A DNA stretch of 64,000 bases from Burkholderiales bacterium (GTDB lineage: Bacteria > Pseudomonadota > Gammaproteobacteria > Burkholderiales > Burkholderiaceae_C): assembly GCA_031374415.1 (NCBI GenBank), contig JANMGB010000259.1, positions 5,169 to 69,168 on the forward strand. The letters are read 5' to 3'. A program made the translations under genes and the position numbers. Positions 1 to 13,732 of the stretch are shown piece by piece (position 1 is the first letter of the stretch; each line of letters begins with the position of its first letter). Under the pieces are notes generated by a model that was not told the origin of the DNA, made no database searches, and saw only the letters and a list, made by a program, of their open reading frames with translations.

Positions 1-684
1 CCGATTGCCGATGTGATTCTTGTGTGGGCCAAGCTGGCATCGCCTTCTGGCGAGACGCCCTCGGCTCACGCGATTCGAGGCTTCATTCTCGAGCGCTCAA
101 TGACCGGACTGAGCACGCCCACGATTGATGGCAAACTGAGTTTGAGGGCCTCCACCACAGGTGAAATCGTCATGGATGACGTGGAGGTTCCCGAGGAGAA
201 CATGCTCCCCCATGCACAAGGCCTCAAAGGGCCATTCTCGTGCTTGAACAAGGCCCGCTACGGCATCGCCTGGGGGGCCATGGGGGCCGCAGAGTTCTGC
301 TGGCACGCCGCGCGCCGGTACACCCTCGAGCGATCCCAATTCGGGCGGCCCCTGGCCCGAAACCAGCTGATTCAAATCAAGCTGGCCAATATGCAAACTG
401 AAATCAGTTTGGGGCTGCAAGCCTGCCTGCGGGTAGGTCGCCTGCTAGACGAGGATCACGCCACCCCCGAGATGATCAGCCTGATCAAACGCAACAACTG
501 CGGCAAAGCACTGGATATCGCCCGCACTGCCAGAGACATGCATGGTGGCAATGGGATTCATGACGAATACCATGTGATGAGACATATGGTGAACCTTGAA
601 GCTGTCAACACCTACGAAGGAACGCACGACATCCATGGACTCATTCTGGGCCGCGCCCAAACTGGCCTGGCGGCGTTTGACTGA
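1..684 (+). CDS. gcdH: glutaryl-CoA dehydrogenase, C-terminal part (5' end outside window)
   Basis: Open in frame from nt 1. Translation contains [27 protein letters not shown] and the acyl-CoA dehydrogenase C-terminal helical domain. Stop at 682-684. Confidence 0.85.
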   Translation, partial: PIADVILVWAKLASPSGETPSAHAIRGFILERSMTGLSTPTIDGKLSLRASTTGEIVMDDVEVPEENMLPHAQGLKGPFSCLNKARYGIAWGAMGAAEFCWHAARRYTLERSQFGRPLARNQLIQIKLANMQTEISLGLQACLRVGRLLDEDHATPEMISLIKRNNCGKALDIARTARDMHGGNGIHDEYHVMRHMVNLEAVNTYEGTHDIHGLILGRAQTGLAAFD

Positions 685-1491
685 ATGCCTGCGCTGACCG
701 ACCTCCTTGCCCTGGCAGGCATAGAACATCTCAAGCCTATCGCGACGGCTTTGCTCTTGCCGCCCGCACCTTTGGTCGCCCTCATTTTGTGGGGTGCGCT
801 GGTCATTCCTCGCAGGCGTCTCGCGGGCTGGTTGCTCATCCTGTTCAGCCTGATCGTCTTATGGCTGTCAGGTTGTATAGGGTGGGCCCGCGTGCTCGAG
901 ACTCAGCTGATGACCATTCCGCCGACCCTGAGCGCGGAACGAATCCAGAAACTGCGAGCATCCCCCGACACGGCTATTGTGATTTTGGGCGGCGGTAGAG
1001 AGCGGCATGCCCCGGAATACCAGTCCTCAAACCTCTCTGAAGCCTCGCTTGAGCGATTACGCTATGGGCTTTGGCTTGCCCGGGCTACTCAGCTCCCAGT
1101 CGCATTCAGCGGCGGGGTTGGCTGGGCTCAGGCCGATGGAGATTCTGAAGCGCAAATTGCAGCACGCATTGCAGAGCTGGAATTCAATCGGGCTCTCGAC
1201 TGGACAGAAATTCGCTCAAAAGACACGCGCGAAAACGCGGCCTTCACCCTACCCATCCTGAGCCGTACTGACATCCATCACGTGATCATCGTCACCCATG
1301 GATGGCACATGCCACGTGCAGTAGCCGCCTTTCAAGCAGCCTCCCAGGGGAACATGACCTTCGAGCCAGCGCCCATGGGGCTTGGCACAGATATTCAACC
1401 CAGCGGCCTTGAATGGATCCCAACCTCAGATGGATTTTCCCGAAACCGGAGAGTGGGCAAAGAGTTGCTAGGCATACGCCTAGGGTTTTAA
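685..1491 (+). CDS. YdcF/ElyC-like DUF218 family membrane-associated protein
   Basis: ATG directly follows the gcdH stop. N-terminal TM helices are followed by DUF218-type blocks (VILGGGRE, FSGGVGW, TRENA, IIVTHGWHMPRA). Confidence 0.7.
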   Translation: MPALTDLLALAGIEHLKPIATALLLPPAPLVALILWGALVIPRRRLAGWLLILFSLIVLWLSGCIGWARVLETQLMTIPPTLSAERIQKLRASPDTAIVILGGGRERHAPEYQSSNLSEASLERLRYGLWLARATQLPVAFSGGVGWAQADGDSEAQIAARIAELEFNRALDWTEIRSKDTRENAAFTLPILSRTDIHHVIIVTHGWHMPRAVAAFQAASQGNMTFEPAPMGLGTDIQPSGLEWIPTSDGFSRNRRVGKELLGIRLGF

Positions 1492-1517
1492 GCCCCCAGC
1501 CGGTGCGCGATCAGGCC

Positions 1518-2537
1518 TTAATTCGCAGCAACCGTGTGACTCGTCTCGACCCACCGCCGAACCCGCTCCGCATCTCCGATGCGAGCAGACTTGCCGCTGG
1601 AATCCAGAAAAACCATGATCAACTGCCGACCAGCGAGTCGGGCCTGCATCACCAAACAGCGCCCTGCTTCTGAGATGTAGCCCGTCTTTTGTAAGCCGAT
1701 ATCCCAATCCGGTTTAGAGATCAAGCCGTTCGTGTTGCGGAATTGAAGCTGGCGCTGCCCTACATCAACCTCATAGGCTCGGGATGTAGAAAGATCACGA
1801 ATGATCTGGTGCTGGTAGGCCGCATTGACCAAAATTGCCAAATCGTGGGCACTTGACTGGTTGTTGCTAGACAAACCCGTCGGTTCGACGTATCGGCTGT
1901 CCTTCATGCCCAAATCTCGTGCCTTGCGATTCATCGCTGCAACGAAGGCAGCCAGTCCTCCAGGATACCCGCGGCCCAAGGCATGGGCCGCCCGATTTTC
2001 TGACGACATCAGGGCCAGATGCAACATCTCTTCGCGGCTCAATTGTGTTCCAACACGCAAGCGTGAATGACTGCCCTTTTCTGTGTCAACGTCAGCCTGC
2101 GAGATGGTCAACACTTCGTCCAAAGGCAATCCGGCCTCAGTCACCACCAAGGCTGTCATCAATTTGGTCAACGACGCAATAGGTAAAACCGCCTGCGAGT
2201 TCTTGCTGAACAGGACTTCATGGGTATCTTGATCAACTACCAGCGCGACGCTGGATTTCAAGGCCAGTTGATCTGCGGTTTCATGCAAACCGTAAACCTG
2301 ACCAAACGAAAGTTTGGTCGGCTCCGCCGGTGTCAGGCGAGCAGGTTTTCGTGAATAACTCACGCGGGACAATTTCACACGCGAAACCGCCTTCAACCTG
2401 GCAGAAGGAGTGGCCACATGTCGCGCCTTGGTCGCTTGAGTTGACTTCTTCTTCGCAGTCACTGAAGCCACAGCCGGCTCACTGCCACCCAGCCAACACA
2501 GGCCAATGACCAATCCCAAAGCCAAAATCTTAGACAT
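1518..2537 (-). CDS. D-alanyl-D-alanine endopeptidase/carboxypeptidase (peptidase S11, PbpG-like)
   Basis: Carries SxxK (ASLTK), SxN (SSEN) and KTG (QKTGY) motifs. Start moved to the internal ATG at 2537, which gives a signal peptide (MSKILALGLVIGLCWLGGSEPAVA). Confidence 0.8.
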   Translation of the reverse strand: MSKILALGLVIGLCWLGGSEPAVASVTAKKKSTQATKARHVATPSARLKAVSRVKLSRVSYSRKPARLTPAEPTKLSFGQVYGLHETADQLALKSSVALVVDQDTHEVLFSKNSQAVLPIASLTKLMTALVVTEAGLPLDEVLTISQADVDTEKGSHSRLRVGTQLSREEMLHLALMSSENRAAHALGRGYPGGLAAFVAAMNRKARDLGMKDSRYVEPTGLSSNNQSSAHDLAILVNAAYQHQIIRDLSTSRAYEVDVGQRQLQFRNTNGLISKPDWDIGLQKTGYISEAGRCLVMQARLAGRQLIMVFLDSSGKSARIGDAERVRRWVETSHTVAAN

Positions 2538-2663
2538 GGTTCTCACACCAACCCCCCATTGAAGCAGCCAAACAAGTGTAGGCGAAAGAAAAAAAGCATG
2601 CAAGATCAAAAACTTACACGCCGTTTCTCAAGTCAAAGTTGATGGGACTCCACGCTAAAACCG

Positions 2664-4205
2664 TTAACCCTGTGCCGCCACACGCTCCGTTTTACTGTGA
2701 AGTTTGTTCAATGCCGACAAATAGGCTTTGGCAGAAGCGACGACGATATCGGGATCAGACCCCACACCATTGACCACCCGCCCCCCCCGTTGCAAGCGAA
2801 CCGTGACCTCACCCTGGGATTCTGTGCTCCCCGAAGTGATGGCATTCACTGAATAGAGAAGCAATTCAGCACCTGTTTGCAACTTCGATTCGATCGCCTT
2901 CAGGCTCGCATCCACGGGCCCATTCCCTTGGCTAGCGATCGAGTGCTCCTCCAGACCGGCGGCAAACGTGACGTGGGCATGGGGACGCTCACCGGTTTCG
3001 GAATGCTGCGAAAGCGAAACGAGGCGATAAAACTCTTGCTCACTCGTCAATGAATCATCCATCAGCAAAGCCAGGATGTCCTCATCAAAAATATCGCTTT
3101 TTCGATCCGCCAGCTCCTTGAACTTCGTGAATGCAGCGTTGACGTCGGCCTCGGACTGCAACTCGATCCCCAAATCAACCAAGCGCTGCTTGAAAGCATT
3201 TCTGCCGGACAGTTTGCCAAGCACAATCTTGTTGGTTGCCCAGCCGACATCTTCAGCACGCATGATTTCATAGGTGTCACGCGCCTTCAACACCCCGTCC
3301 TGGTGAATCCCTGAGGCGTGGGCAAAAGCATTGGCCCCCACCACAGCCTTGTTAGGCTGCACCACAAACCCAGTAGTCTGAGCGACCAGGCGAGAGCTGG
3401 GCAGGATCTGTGTCGTGTCGATGTTCACGCTCAGATCGAAATAATCCTTGCGCGTCTTCAGCGCCATGACAACCTCTTCAAGCGCACAATTGCCCGCACG
3501 CTCACCCAGCCCATTGACCGTGCACTCAATCTGGCGGGCGCCCCCCAGCTTTACACCGGCCAAAGAATTGGCCACCGCCATGCCTAAGTCATTGTGACAA
3601 TGGACGGACCAGATCGCTTTATCAGAATTGGGTATGCGTTGGCGCAAATTCAGAATGAAATTCCCGTACAACTCAGGAATCGCGTACCCGACCGTGTCGG
3701 GAATATTGAGCGTCGTTGCGCCAGCATCAATCACGGCCTCCAAAACACGACACAAGAAGTCAGGGTCTGACCGATACCCATCTTCGGGCGAAAACTCGAC
3801 ATCACCGCTCAAATTTCGGGCAAAAGCAACCGAGGCCTTGGCCTGCTCAAAGACCTGATCCGGCGTCATCCGCAATTTTTTCTCCATGTGCAAAGCGCTG
3901 GTCGCCAAAAACAGATGGATACGCGTCGAGGCACCGCCCTGCAAAGCCTCTGCGGCGCGTGCAATGTCTCGTTCGTTGGCCCTTGCCAACGAACAAACGG
4001 TGCTGTCCTTCACAGCCAAAGCAATCGCACGAACCGCATCAAAATCACCATTCGATGAAGCCGCAAACCCTGCCTCGATAACGTCCACCCTCAGACGCTC
4101 CAGTTGCTTGGCAATGCGCAGCTTTTCATCTTTGGTCATGGAAGCACCTGGCGATTGCTCGCCATCGCGCAAGGTGGTGTCAAAAATAATCAGTCGATCC
4201 GTCAT
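2664..4205 (-). CDS. leuA: 2-isopropylmalate synthase
   Basis: Contains [35 protein letters not shown] and the C-terminal LeuA regulatory domain. A GGGAG Shine-Dalgarno lies about 8 nt upstream of the ATG at 4205. Confidence 0.93.
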   Translation of the reverse strand: MTDRLIIFDTTLRDGEQSPGASMTKDEKLRIAKQLERLRVDVIEAGFAASSNGDFDAVRAIALAVKDSTVCSLARANERDIARAAEALQGGASTRIHLFLATSALHMEKKLRMTPDQVFEQAKASVAFARNLSGDVEFSPEDGYRSDPDFLCRVLEAVIDAGATTLNIPDTVGYAIPELYGNFILNLRQRIPNSDKAIWSVHCHNDLGMAVANSLAGVKLGGARQIECTVNGLGERAGNCALEEVVMALKTRKDYFDLSVNIDTTQILPSSRLVAQTTGFVVQPNKAVVGANAFAHASGIHQDGVLKARDTYEIMRAEDVGWATNKIVLGKLSGRNAFKQRLVDLGIELQSEADVNAAFTKFKELADRKSDIFDEDILALLMDDSLTSEQEFYRLVSLSQHSETGERPHAHVTFAAGLEEHSIASQGNGPVDASLKAIESKLQTGAELLLYSVNAITSGSTESQGEVTVRLQRGGRVVNGVGSDPDIVVASAKAYLSALNKLHSKTERVAAQG

Positions 4206-4230
4206 GAGAGCTCCCAGAAAATCCAATTTG

Positions 4231-4269
4231 AAAAAACAATACGGCCCGCAGCCAGTGGCATGCGGGCCG
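4231..4269 (-). terminator. rho-independent terminator downstream of pssA
   Basis: On the minus strand, CGGCCCGCA-(10 nt loop)-TGCGGGCCG is followed by TATTGTTTTTTC. Confidence 0.6.
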
Positions 4270-4301
4270 CATCAAGGTTGATCACGAGCACCCCAAATGG
4301 G

Positions 4302-5117
4302 TCAACGATGAAGACCCTCTTCTTCGGGCTCATTGGTCGATGTGGCGATCAAACTAACGTGGCGCCCCTTGATCCGACGCCAGGCATACACCACATAGCC
4401 CGAGCACCCATACAAACAAAAGACACCAAAAAGAACACTGGGCGGATCCACGTTGATCAAGGCAATTCCCAAAGCGATCGCCACGATGACCACGAAGGGT
4501 ACCGAGCGCTTGAAGCTAACCTCCTTGAAGCTGTAAAACGGAACGTTTGTGACCATAGTCAAGCCCGCAAAAATGGTCAGCCCAAAACAGATCCACGCCA
4601 CCCAGCCATGTACAGCGACCGTCAACTGGTAGTCATGCATCATCCAGATAAAACCCATCACCACGGCTGCCGCAGCCGGACTTGGCAATCCCTGGAAATA
4701 GCGCTTGTCCACCACCTTGAGGTTTGTATTAAATCGCGCCAGCCTGAGCGCAGCACAAGCACAGTAGACAAAAGCCGCAATCCACCCTAAGTTTCGCAAG
4801 CCCGTCAGCCCCCAGGCGTACATGATCAACGCCGGCGCAGCACCAAAAGACACCATGTCTGACAGGCTGTCCATCTGCTCACCAAATGCGCTCTGCGTGT
4901 TGGTCATGCGGGCCACTCGCCCGTCCAAACTGTCCAGCACCATGGCACAAAAAACACCAATGGCCGCCTGCTCAAAGCGCCCATTCATGGCCATCACAAT
5001 GGCATAAAACCCACCAAACAATGCCGCCAGGGTAAACAAATTGGGAAGGATATAAATACCCTTGCGACGCGGACGAACAGGCTCATCGATCTCCTCCGCG
5101 TATTCCGGCGTGCTCAT
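4302..5117 (-). CDS. pssA: CDP-diacylglycerol--serine O-phosphatidyltransferase
   Basis: CDP-alcohol phosphatidyltransferase motif [24 protein letters not shown] and multiple TM helices. The ATG at 5117 overlaps the psd stop by 4 nt. Confidence 0.85.
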   Translation of the reverse strand: MSTPEYAEEIDEPVRPRRKGIYILPNLFTLAALFGGFYAIVMAMNGRFEQAAIGVFCAMVLDSLDGRVARMTNTQSAFGEQMDSLSDMVSFGAAPALIMYAWGLTGLRNLGWIAAFVYCACAALRLARFNTNLKVVDKRYFQGLPSPAAAAVVMGFIWMMHDYQLTVAVHGWVAWICFGLTIFAGLTMVTNVPFYSFKEVSFKRSVPFVVIVAIALGIALINVDPPSVLFGVFCLYGCSGYVVYAWRRIKGRHVSLIATSTNEPEEEGLHR

Positions 5118-5758
5118 GGGGCACCCAGCGTCGCAAGGATGGTTGACGTCGCACAAACCTTATCGCCAGGGGCCACCTGCGGTCGGGCATGCAAGGGCAG
5201 ATACACGTCGACGCGGGAACCAAACCGAATGAACCCATAGCGCTGCCCCTTGCTCACAACATCGCCCTCTTTGACATAGCAAAGAATGCGGCGAGCAATC
5301 AACCCTGCCACCTGTACCTGCGTCACAAGCTGCCCATCCACGTCCAACACCACGGCGTTACGCTCGTTTTCAACCGAGGCCTTGTCGAGGTCAGCGTTGA
5401 CAAACAACCCTGGGAAATAGGTGACCTTCTTGATCACACCATTGACGCCGCAGCGATTGCTGTGAACGTTGAACACGTTCATGAACACACTGATCAACAA
5501 GGCATCGCGATCCGCATAGGGGTCACGCACCTTCTCGATCTTGACAATGCGCCCATCTGCCGGCGAAAGCACCGCGTCCGCCTGCGCGGGGACAGCCCTG
5601 GGCGGGTCACGGAAAAACTGAACGACAAAGACGCACACCAGCCATGCTGGCACTGCCAACCAGACCGGCGCCAACCAAGAAGCGACAAGCGCCAAAACCA
5701 AGCTGATACCGATGAAGGGCCAGCCCTCTTTCGCCAAAATAGGATGTGGATAATTCAT
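5114..5758 (-). CDS. psd: phosphatidylserine decarboxylase (short form proenzyme)
   Basis: Has N-terminal TM helices and a conserved G-S self-cleavage site in [13 protein letters not shown]. Start set to the ATG at 5758 ([15 protein letters not shown]). Confidence 0.8.
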   Translation of the reverse strand: MNYPHPILAKEGWPFIGISLVLALVASWLAPVWLAVPAWLVCVFVVQFFRDPPRAVPAQADAVLSPADGRIVKIEKVRDPYADRDALLISVFMNVFNVHSNRCGVNGVIKKVTYFPGLFVNADLDKASVENERNAVVLDVDGQLVTQVQVAGLIARRILCYVKEGDVVSKGQRYGFIRFGSRVDVYLPLHARPQVAPGDKVCATSTILATLGAP

Positions 5759-5780
5759 GATCGCGAGGATACCCCAGCAC

Positions 5781-5814
5781 AAAACACAAAGGCCGCGGAT
5801 CCAAATCCGCGGCC
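5781..5814 (-). terminator. rho-independent terminator downstream of ilvC
   Basis: Perfect 10-bp stem GGCCGCGGAT/ATCCGCGGCC with a 4-nt loop. On the minus strand it is followed by TTTGTGTTTT. Confidence 0.65.
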
Positions 5815-5834
5815 TATTTTTGAAGCAATCAACC

Positions 5835-7504
<1,670 letters not shown>

Positions 7505-7558
7505 GTTAATGGCCTAGTTCAAAAGGGTTCCAACTCAATCGAAGCAGTGAGCTGCGCT

Positions 7559-9331
7559 TTAAAGGTCTTCAGACCCGAGCAACATTTCAGAGATCCCTTT
7601 TCCAGCCTTCACCATGGGCCACACGTTCTCACTGGGGTCCGTGCGGATGTCCAGGAAGACCGTTCTATCTTTAAGACGAATCGCTTCTCGTAACGCGCCC
7701 TCAACGTCAGCGGGGTTTTCAATCTTGAAGCCCACATGGCCGTAGGCCTCTGCGAGCTTCACGAAGTCCGGAAGCGCGTCCATGTAGCTGTGCGCGTAAC
7801 GCCCGCCGTAATCCAACTCTTGCCACTGACGCACCATGCCAAGGTAACGGTTGTTCAGCGACAAAATCTTGACGGGCGTCTTGTACTGAAAGCAGGTTGA
7901 CAGCTCCTGAATACACATTTGGATCGACCCCTCGCCCGTGATGCAAAACACATCGGCATCCGGCTTGGCCAACTTGATCCCCATGGCATACGGAAGGCCA
8001 ACTCCCATGGTGCCCAAGCCACCAGAATTGATCCAACGACGTGGCTGATCAAAGCGATAGTACTGAGCTGCCCACATTTGATGCTGCCCGACATCCGACG
8101 TGATGTAGACATCCGAGTCACGGGTCAGCTCCCACAGCTTTTCCACCACAAACTGTGGCTTGATCACCTCGGAGCTGCCTTTGTAAGTCAAACAGTCACG
8201 CTGACGCCATTGAGCAATCTGCTGCCACCAGGCGGTCAGCGGAACCACAGGGTGAGTCGCCTTGGCCTCTTTGATCTGGACAATCAGCTCCTGCAAAACA
8301 TCCATGACATCCCCCACGATCGGAATATCAACCTTGACACGCTTAGAAATTGAAGAAGGGTCAATATCGACGTGGATGATCTTCCGCTGGACGGAGGCAA
8401 AGTGTTTGGGGTTGCCAATGACACGATCATCAAAGCGCGCGCCCACTGCCAACAACACGTCACAGTGCTGCATCGTCATGTTGGCCTCGTAAGTGCCATG
8501 CATTCCCAACATACCCAAGAATTTGGGATCGCTCGCGGGGAAGGCGCCCAGGCCCATCAAGGTGTTGGTACAGGGAACACCCAGCAAATCCACCAACTCC
8601 CGCAACTCAGCCGACGCATTGCCCAAAATAACGCCGCCACCGCTATAAATATAGGGGCGTTGTGCACTCATCAGCAGCTGGACGGCCTTGCGAATCTGTC
8701 CTCCATGACCCTTGCGCGCCGGGCTGTAAGACCGCATCTCAACAGCGTTCGGGTAGTGGAAGGGCGTCTGCGCCAGCGAAACATCTTTGGGAATATCAAC
8801 CACCACAGGCCCTGGCCGGCCGGTGCGCGCAATATGGAATGCCTTCTTGAGCGTCAGAGCAAGATCCTTGACATCCTTGACCAAGAAATTGTGCTTCACG
8901 ATAGGCCGGGTTATGCCTACGGTGTCGCACTCCTGGAAAGCGTCCAAGCCGATGGCGGGTGTCGGGACCTGGCCCGTCAAGATCACCATCGGGATGGAGT
9001 CCATGTAGGCCGTGGCAATGCCCGTGACGGCATTCGTGACCCCTGGCCCGGATGTCACCAGGGCAACGCCCACGTCACCCGTTGCGCGAGCGTAGCCGTC
9101 AGCCGCATGCACGGCAGCCTGCTCGTGGCGTACCAAAACGTGTTGAATGGAGTTTTGCTTGTAGAGTGCGTCATAGATGTACAAGACCGCCCCACCGGGA
9201 TAGCCCCACAAATATTTCACACCCTCATGCTGCAAGCAGCGAACCAAAATTTCAGAGCCGTTGGGCTCTGTGGAAGAATCCGGAAGAGAAGGCGCAGTCG
9301 CGCCCCTGGCATCCGCAGCAGACGTGTTCAT
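7559..9331 (-). CDS. ilvI: acetolactate synthase large (catalytic) subunit
   Basis: ThDP enzyme blocks GYPGGAVLYIYDAL and GGLGTMGVGLPYAMG...GEGSIQM...NN; 590 aa. Confidence 0.93.
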   Translation of the reverse strand: MNTSAADARGATAPSLPDSSTEPNGSEILVRCLQHEGVKYLWGYPGGAVLYIYDALYKQNSIQHVLVRHEQAAVHAADGYARATGDVGVALVTSGPGVTNAVTGIATAYMDSIPMVILTGQVPTPAIGLDAFQECDTVGITRPIVKHNFLVKDVKDLALTLKKAFHIARTGRPGPVVVDIPKDVSLAQTPFHYPNAVEMRSYSPARKGHGGQIRKAVQLLMSAQRPYIYSGGGVILGNASAELRELVDLLGVPCTNTLMGLGAFPASDPKFLGMLGMHGTYEANMTMQHCDVLLAVGARFDDRVIGNPKHFASVQRKIIHVDIDPSSISKRVKVDIPIVGDVMDVLQELIVQIKEAKATHPVVPLTAWWQQIAQWRQRDCLTYKGSSEVIKPQFVVEKLWELTRDSDVYITSDVGQHQMWAAQYYRFDQPRRWINSGGLGTMGVGLPYAMGIKLAKPDADVFCITGEGSIQMCIQELSTCFQYKTPVKILSLNNRYLGMVRQWQELDYGGRYAHSYMDALPDFVKLAEAYGHVGFKIENPADVEGALREAIRLKDRTVFLDIRTDPSENVWPMVKAGKGISEMLLGSEDL

Positions 9332-9571
9332 TGGGAACCTTTGTGAATTTCTCTAACGAAAAACCATTGGTGCACCTCTCCTCACTCTTTTGAAGTGGGT
9401 GCGGTGCCTGTGCGACCAAAATACATAGGGCCAGCGTTCGACCCCTGTTAGTGACCAACTGTTGTGCAACGGGATATTATCGCACCAATTGCACAGTGAG
9501 CAGTGCCCCGGTGAACCGGTGACATAATCCGCGACCACTTTTCAGCGCTTTGGCGTGAAAGCGTTTCTCCC

Positions 9572-10132
9572 TTGGCCTCTGACAAAGAACTCTCCGATTT
9601 CCTCAAAAGCATCGAGAAGCGCGCCTTCAAACGCACCGCTTTCGCCGTACGGGATGACGACGCGGCACTCGACATCATCCAGGACGCCATGATCAAGCTG
9701 TCGCAAAGCTACGGGGATCGCCCTGCCGCCGAACTTCCGCTGCTGTTCCATCGAATTCTGTCGAACACGACCATGGACTGGTTTCGGCGTAAGAAGGTGC
9801 GGCAAGCAGTCATCGTGAACTTTGGGGAGTTCGAAACGGACGAAGGCGATCACGATCTTTTGGAAACTTTGGAGGTTTTGACCGAATCTCACTCGACGGA
9901 GAGTGCGGCTGAAGCCACTTCTCGGGCACAGATTTTGCTGTTAATCGAAGAGAAGCTAAAAGAATTGCCAACTCGTCAACGAGAGGCCTTCCTGCTGCGT
10001 TACTGGGAAGAGCTCGACGTTGCCGAAGCTGCGCAATCCATGGGTTGCTCAGAGGGCAGCGTCAAAACCCACTGCTCAAGGGCGGTTCGTGCTTTAGCAA
10101 GGGGTTTGGCCCATCTGAAAATGAAACCGTGA
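9572..10132 (+). CDS. ECF-type RNA polymerase sigma-70 family factor
   Basis: Region 2 (ALDIIQDAMIKL, FHRILSNTTMDWFRRKK) and region 4 HTH (RQREAFLLRYWEELDVAEAAQSMGCSEGSVKTHCSRAVRAL). Confidence 0.85.
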   Translation: MASDKELSDFLKSIEKRAFKRTAFAVRDDDAALDIIQDAMIKLSQSYGDRPAAELPLLFHRILSNTTMDWFRRKKVRQAVIVNFGEFETDEGDHDLLETLEVLTESHSTESAAEATSRAQILLLIEEKLKELPTRQREAFLLRYWEELDVAEAAQSMGCSEGSVKTHCSRAVRALARGLAHLKMKP

Positions 10133-10139
10133 GTCAACC

Positions 10140-10556
10140 ATGAAGAATGCACAATTTTCGACTGAAGCAATTGAAGGCAGGGTTGCCCTGGAGCTGACAC
10201 GTGCACTTTCAGAGTCGACCCGTCAGATGCCGCACGACATCTCAGAGCGGCTGCGTGTTGCGCGTGAAGCCGCTTTGCGCGTCCAAAAACCAGAAGCTGC
10301 GCAGACCTGGATTCAATCCGGTCAGGCAGCGCTCATGCATGGGTCTGGAGACACTGGGCCAAAGTGGGCGCGCTGGGCCTTGTGGTTGCCCGTACTGGTC
10401 TTGGCGTGTGGCATTTACCTCATTCAGGCTGCTCACCAACAGTCTCAAGTTTCAGCGGCTGCCGATGTAGACGCCATCCTTCTCGCTGACGACCTGCCCC
10501 CCGACGCCTACAGTGACGCTGGGTTTCTTGAATTTCTCAAACTTCCGTCCCCTTGA
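10140..10556 (+). CDS. DUF3619-like single-TM protein (possible anti-sigma partner)
   Basis: Starts 7 nt after the sigma gene and has one TM helix (WALWLPVLVLACGIYLI). The family call is from memory of conserved Burkholderiales synteny, not from a search. Confidence 0.5.
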   Translation: MKNAQFSTEAIEGRVALELTRALSESTRQMPHDISERLRVAREAALRVQKPEAAQTWIQSGQAALMHGSGDTGPKWARWALWLPVLVLACGIYLIQAAHQQSQVSAAADVDAILLADDLPPDAYSDAGFLEFLKLPSP

Positions 10557-10568
10557 GGGGGCTTTTGC

Positions 10569-11282
10569 ATGAACCACCTCGCACGTCGGTTGGCTGCTGG
10601 TTTACTTGCCACAGCATCGTGGGGTCTGGCTGCCGCTCAGAGCACAACGCCCTCCGCACCAAGCTCTTTGGAGGACGGCAGAACGTGGGCCTCGCTGGGG
10701 GCTTCAACACAAGGCGTCTTGGCGCCGCTGAGCAACCAATGGCCTGCGCTTTCAGCCAGCACCAAAGAAAAGTGGATTGGCGTGGCCAAACGCATGCACA
10801 AGATGGCCCCGGCAGAACGCGAGCGTGTTCAGGCACGGATGGCCAGTTGGGCCAGCCTCACTCCCATTGAGCGCGGCCAAACCCGCTTGCTTTTCCAGGA
10901 GGCTCTTCGTGTCGCACCGGAAACCCGGGCAGAACAATGGAAGCGATACAACGAACTGTCTGAAGACGAGAAGCGACAGCTTGCTGCCCGGGCCGTGCCA
11001 CCGACCGTTGCCCGTCAGGTGAGCTCTTCAACCGGCAGGGGGGCTTTGTTTTCGGTCACCGAGCCTTCTCGCCCTTCTGGCAAAGTCAATACGACGCCCT
11101 TGTTGTCTCCACTACCGCAGGGGATTGCCCCGTCGGTGATTCAGGCTCAACCTGGCGCCTCCACGACGCTCATTTCTTCGAAGCCAATTCCCCCAGCCCA
11201 CCAACCTGCCGGTTCTCCGAAGATCGCTGCAACCCCCAAGGCAGACGTGCGCACACCAGAAGCTGACAATAAGCCTCAATGA
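10569..11282 (+). CDS. DUF3106-like secreted protein
   Basis: Signal peptide (LLATASWGLAAAQS), repeated Trp-containing helical segments (KEKWIGVAKRM, EQWKRYNEL) and a Pro/Ser-rich tail. Confidence 0.5.
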   Translation: MNHLARRLAAGLLATASWGLAAAQSTTPSAPSSLEDGRTWASLGASTQGVLAPLSNQWPALSASTKEKWIGVAKRMHKMAPAERERVQARMASWASLTPIERGQTRLLFQEALRVAPETRAEQWKRYNELSEDEKRQLAARAVPPTVARQVSSSTGRGALFSVTEPSRPSGKVNTTPLLSPLPQGIAPSVIQAQPGASTTLISSKPIPPAHQPAGSPKIAATPKADVRTPEADNKPQ

Positions 11283-11776
11283 TGAGCGCGGTCGGGGTTC
11301 AGGCGCCTAAGTTGTGGCGCCGAATGGCTTGTTTTCTCTATGAGGGGATGATGCTTTTCGGCTTGGGCCTCATTCCAGGTGCGGTCGGCGCAGGGCTTAA
11401 AGCCATTTTCGAGCTCAGCTTTGCGTCCGAGATCGAAGCCGGGCTCAGGGTGTTGACTTTCGCTGTATATGCCGTTTACTTTACCTGGTGTTGGTCTCGA
11501 CGGGGTCAAACCCTGCCGATGCAAACCTGGCACATTCAAGTCGTGACATTGCAGGGCCAGTTACTCACACAAAAGCAAGCCTTTTTGCGCTTCCTGGCGT
11601 GTTGGATTTGGATCGCGCCCAGCGCCCTCATTTGTCTGGTGGCCGGATTCAACCGCTGGCAAGCGATCGCTTGTGTGCTGCTTGGCTTTGGGGTCTATGC
11701 GACCCTTTCCCTCCTGCACCCCCAGAGACAGTTTTGGCATGACGCATGGTGCGGTACCCAGCTGATTTCAAAATAG
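11279..11776 (+). CDS. RDD family membrane protein
   Basis: Has a 4-nt overlap with the upstream stop. Three TM segments and an RDD-type core (SRRGQTLPMQTWHIQVV). Confidence 0.6.
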   Translation: MMSAVGVQAPKLWRRMACFLYEGMMLFGLGLIPGAVGAGLKAIFELSFASEIEAGLRVLTFAVYAVYFTWCWSRRGQTLPMQTWHIQVVTLQGQLLTQKQAFLRFLACWIWIAPSALICLVAGFNRWQAIACVLLGFGVYATLSLLHPQRQFWHDAWCGTQLISK

Positions 11777-11786
11777 TCGTGTCATT

Positions 11787-12173
11787 TTGAAGCAAACACA
11801 CCCCCATCAAAAAAGATCAGGCTTGGACCGCCTGGTACATGCCGCCAGGTATTCGCTGCAGGGCCTGCGGGCCGCTTATCAGAATGAGAAAGCCTTCCGG
11901 CTTGAGGTTTGGTTGGCCCTCGTCATGATTCCCACCGCGTTTTGGCTGGGTCACGGTTGGGTGGAGGTGGCCCTGCTGGCTGGCTCGGTGATTGCCGTGA
12001 TGGCGGCAGAGTTGCTGAACTCGGCCATTGAAGCGGTTGTGGATCGCATCTCGCTCGATTTGCATGATCTGTCGAAGCGGGCCAAAGACCTGGGCAGCGC
12101 CTGCGTTCTCATGTGCGTGATCTTGACCGTAGGCATTTGGACGGCAGCACTGGTCTCGCGCTTCACGCCCTGA
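11787..12173 (+). CDS. dgkA: diacylglycerol kinase
   Basis: 128 aa with three TM helices and the conserved AELLNSAIEAVVDRIS block. Apparent TTG start. Confidence 0.8.
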   Translation: MKQTHPHQKRSGLDRLVHAARYSLQGLRAAYQNEKAFRLEVWLALVMIPTAFWLGHGWVEVALLAGSVIAVMAAELLNSAIEAVVDRISLDLHDLSKRAKDLGSACVLMCVILTVGIWTAALVSRFTP

Positions 12174-12189
12174 ATGTACCCACGATAGA

Positions 12190-13728
<1,539 letters not shown>

Positions 13729-13732
<4 letters not shown>

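Noticed and set aside
8372-9346. Long alternative-frame or antisense ORFs throughout the track. Examples: 8372-9346 +, 5757-6548 +, 17041-17664 -, 23615-24541 +, 29225-30547 -, 46048-47154 +, 53043-54542 +, 59879-60838 +, 62493-63713 +.
   Set aside because: Each lies entirely inside, and opposite to or out of frame with, a gene that has clear family motifs. Their translations are Arg/Gly/Pro/His-rich with no recognisable motifs, as expected for shadow ORFs in GC-rich DNA.
9332-9571. Possible ilv attenuator leader peptide upstream of ilvI. This includes a mini-ORF MVFR (9353-9367, minus strand) preceded by GAGGAGAGG.
   Set aside because: There is no run of Ile/Val/Leu codons and no obvious alternative terminator/antiterminator hairpins. 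The mini-ORF is only 4 codons long and is in frame with a non-coding-looking 61-aa ORF.
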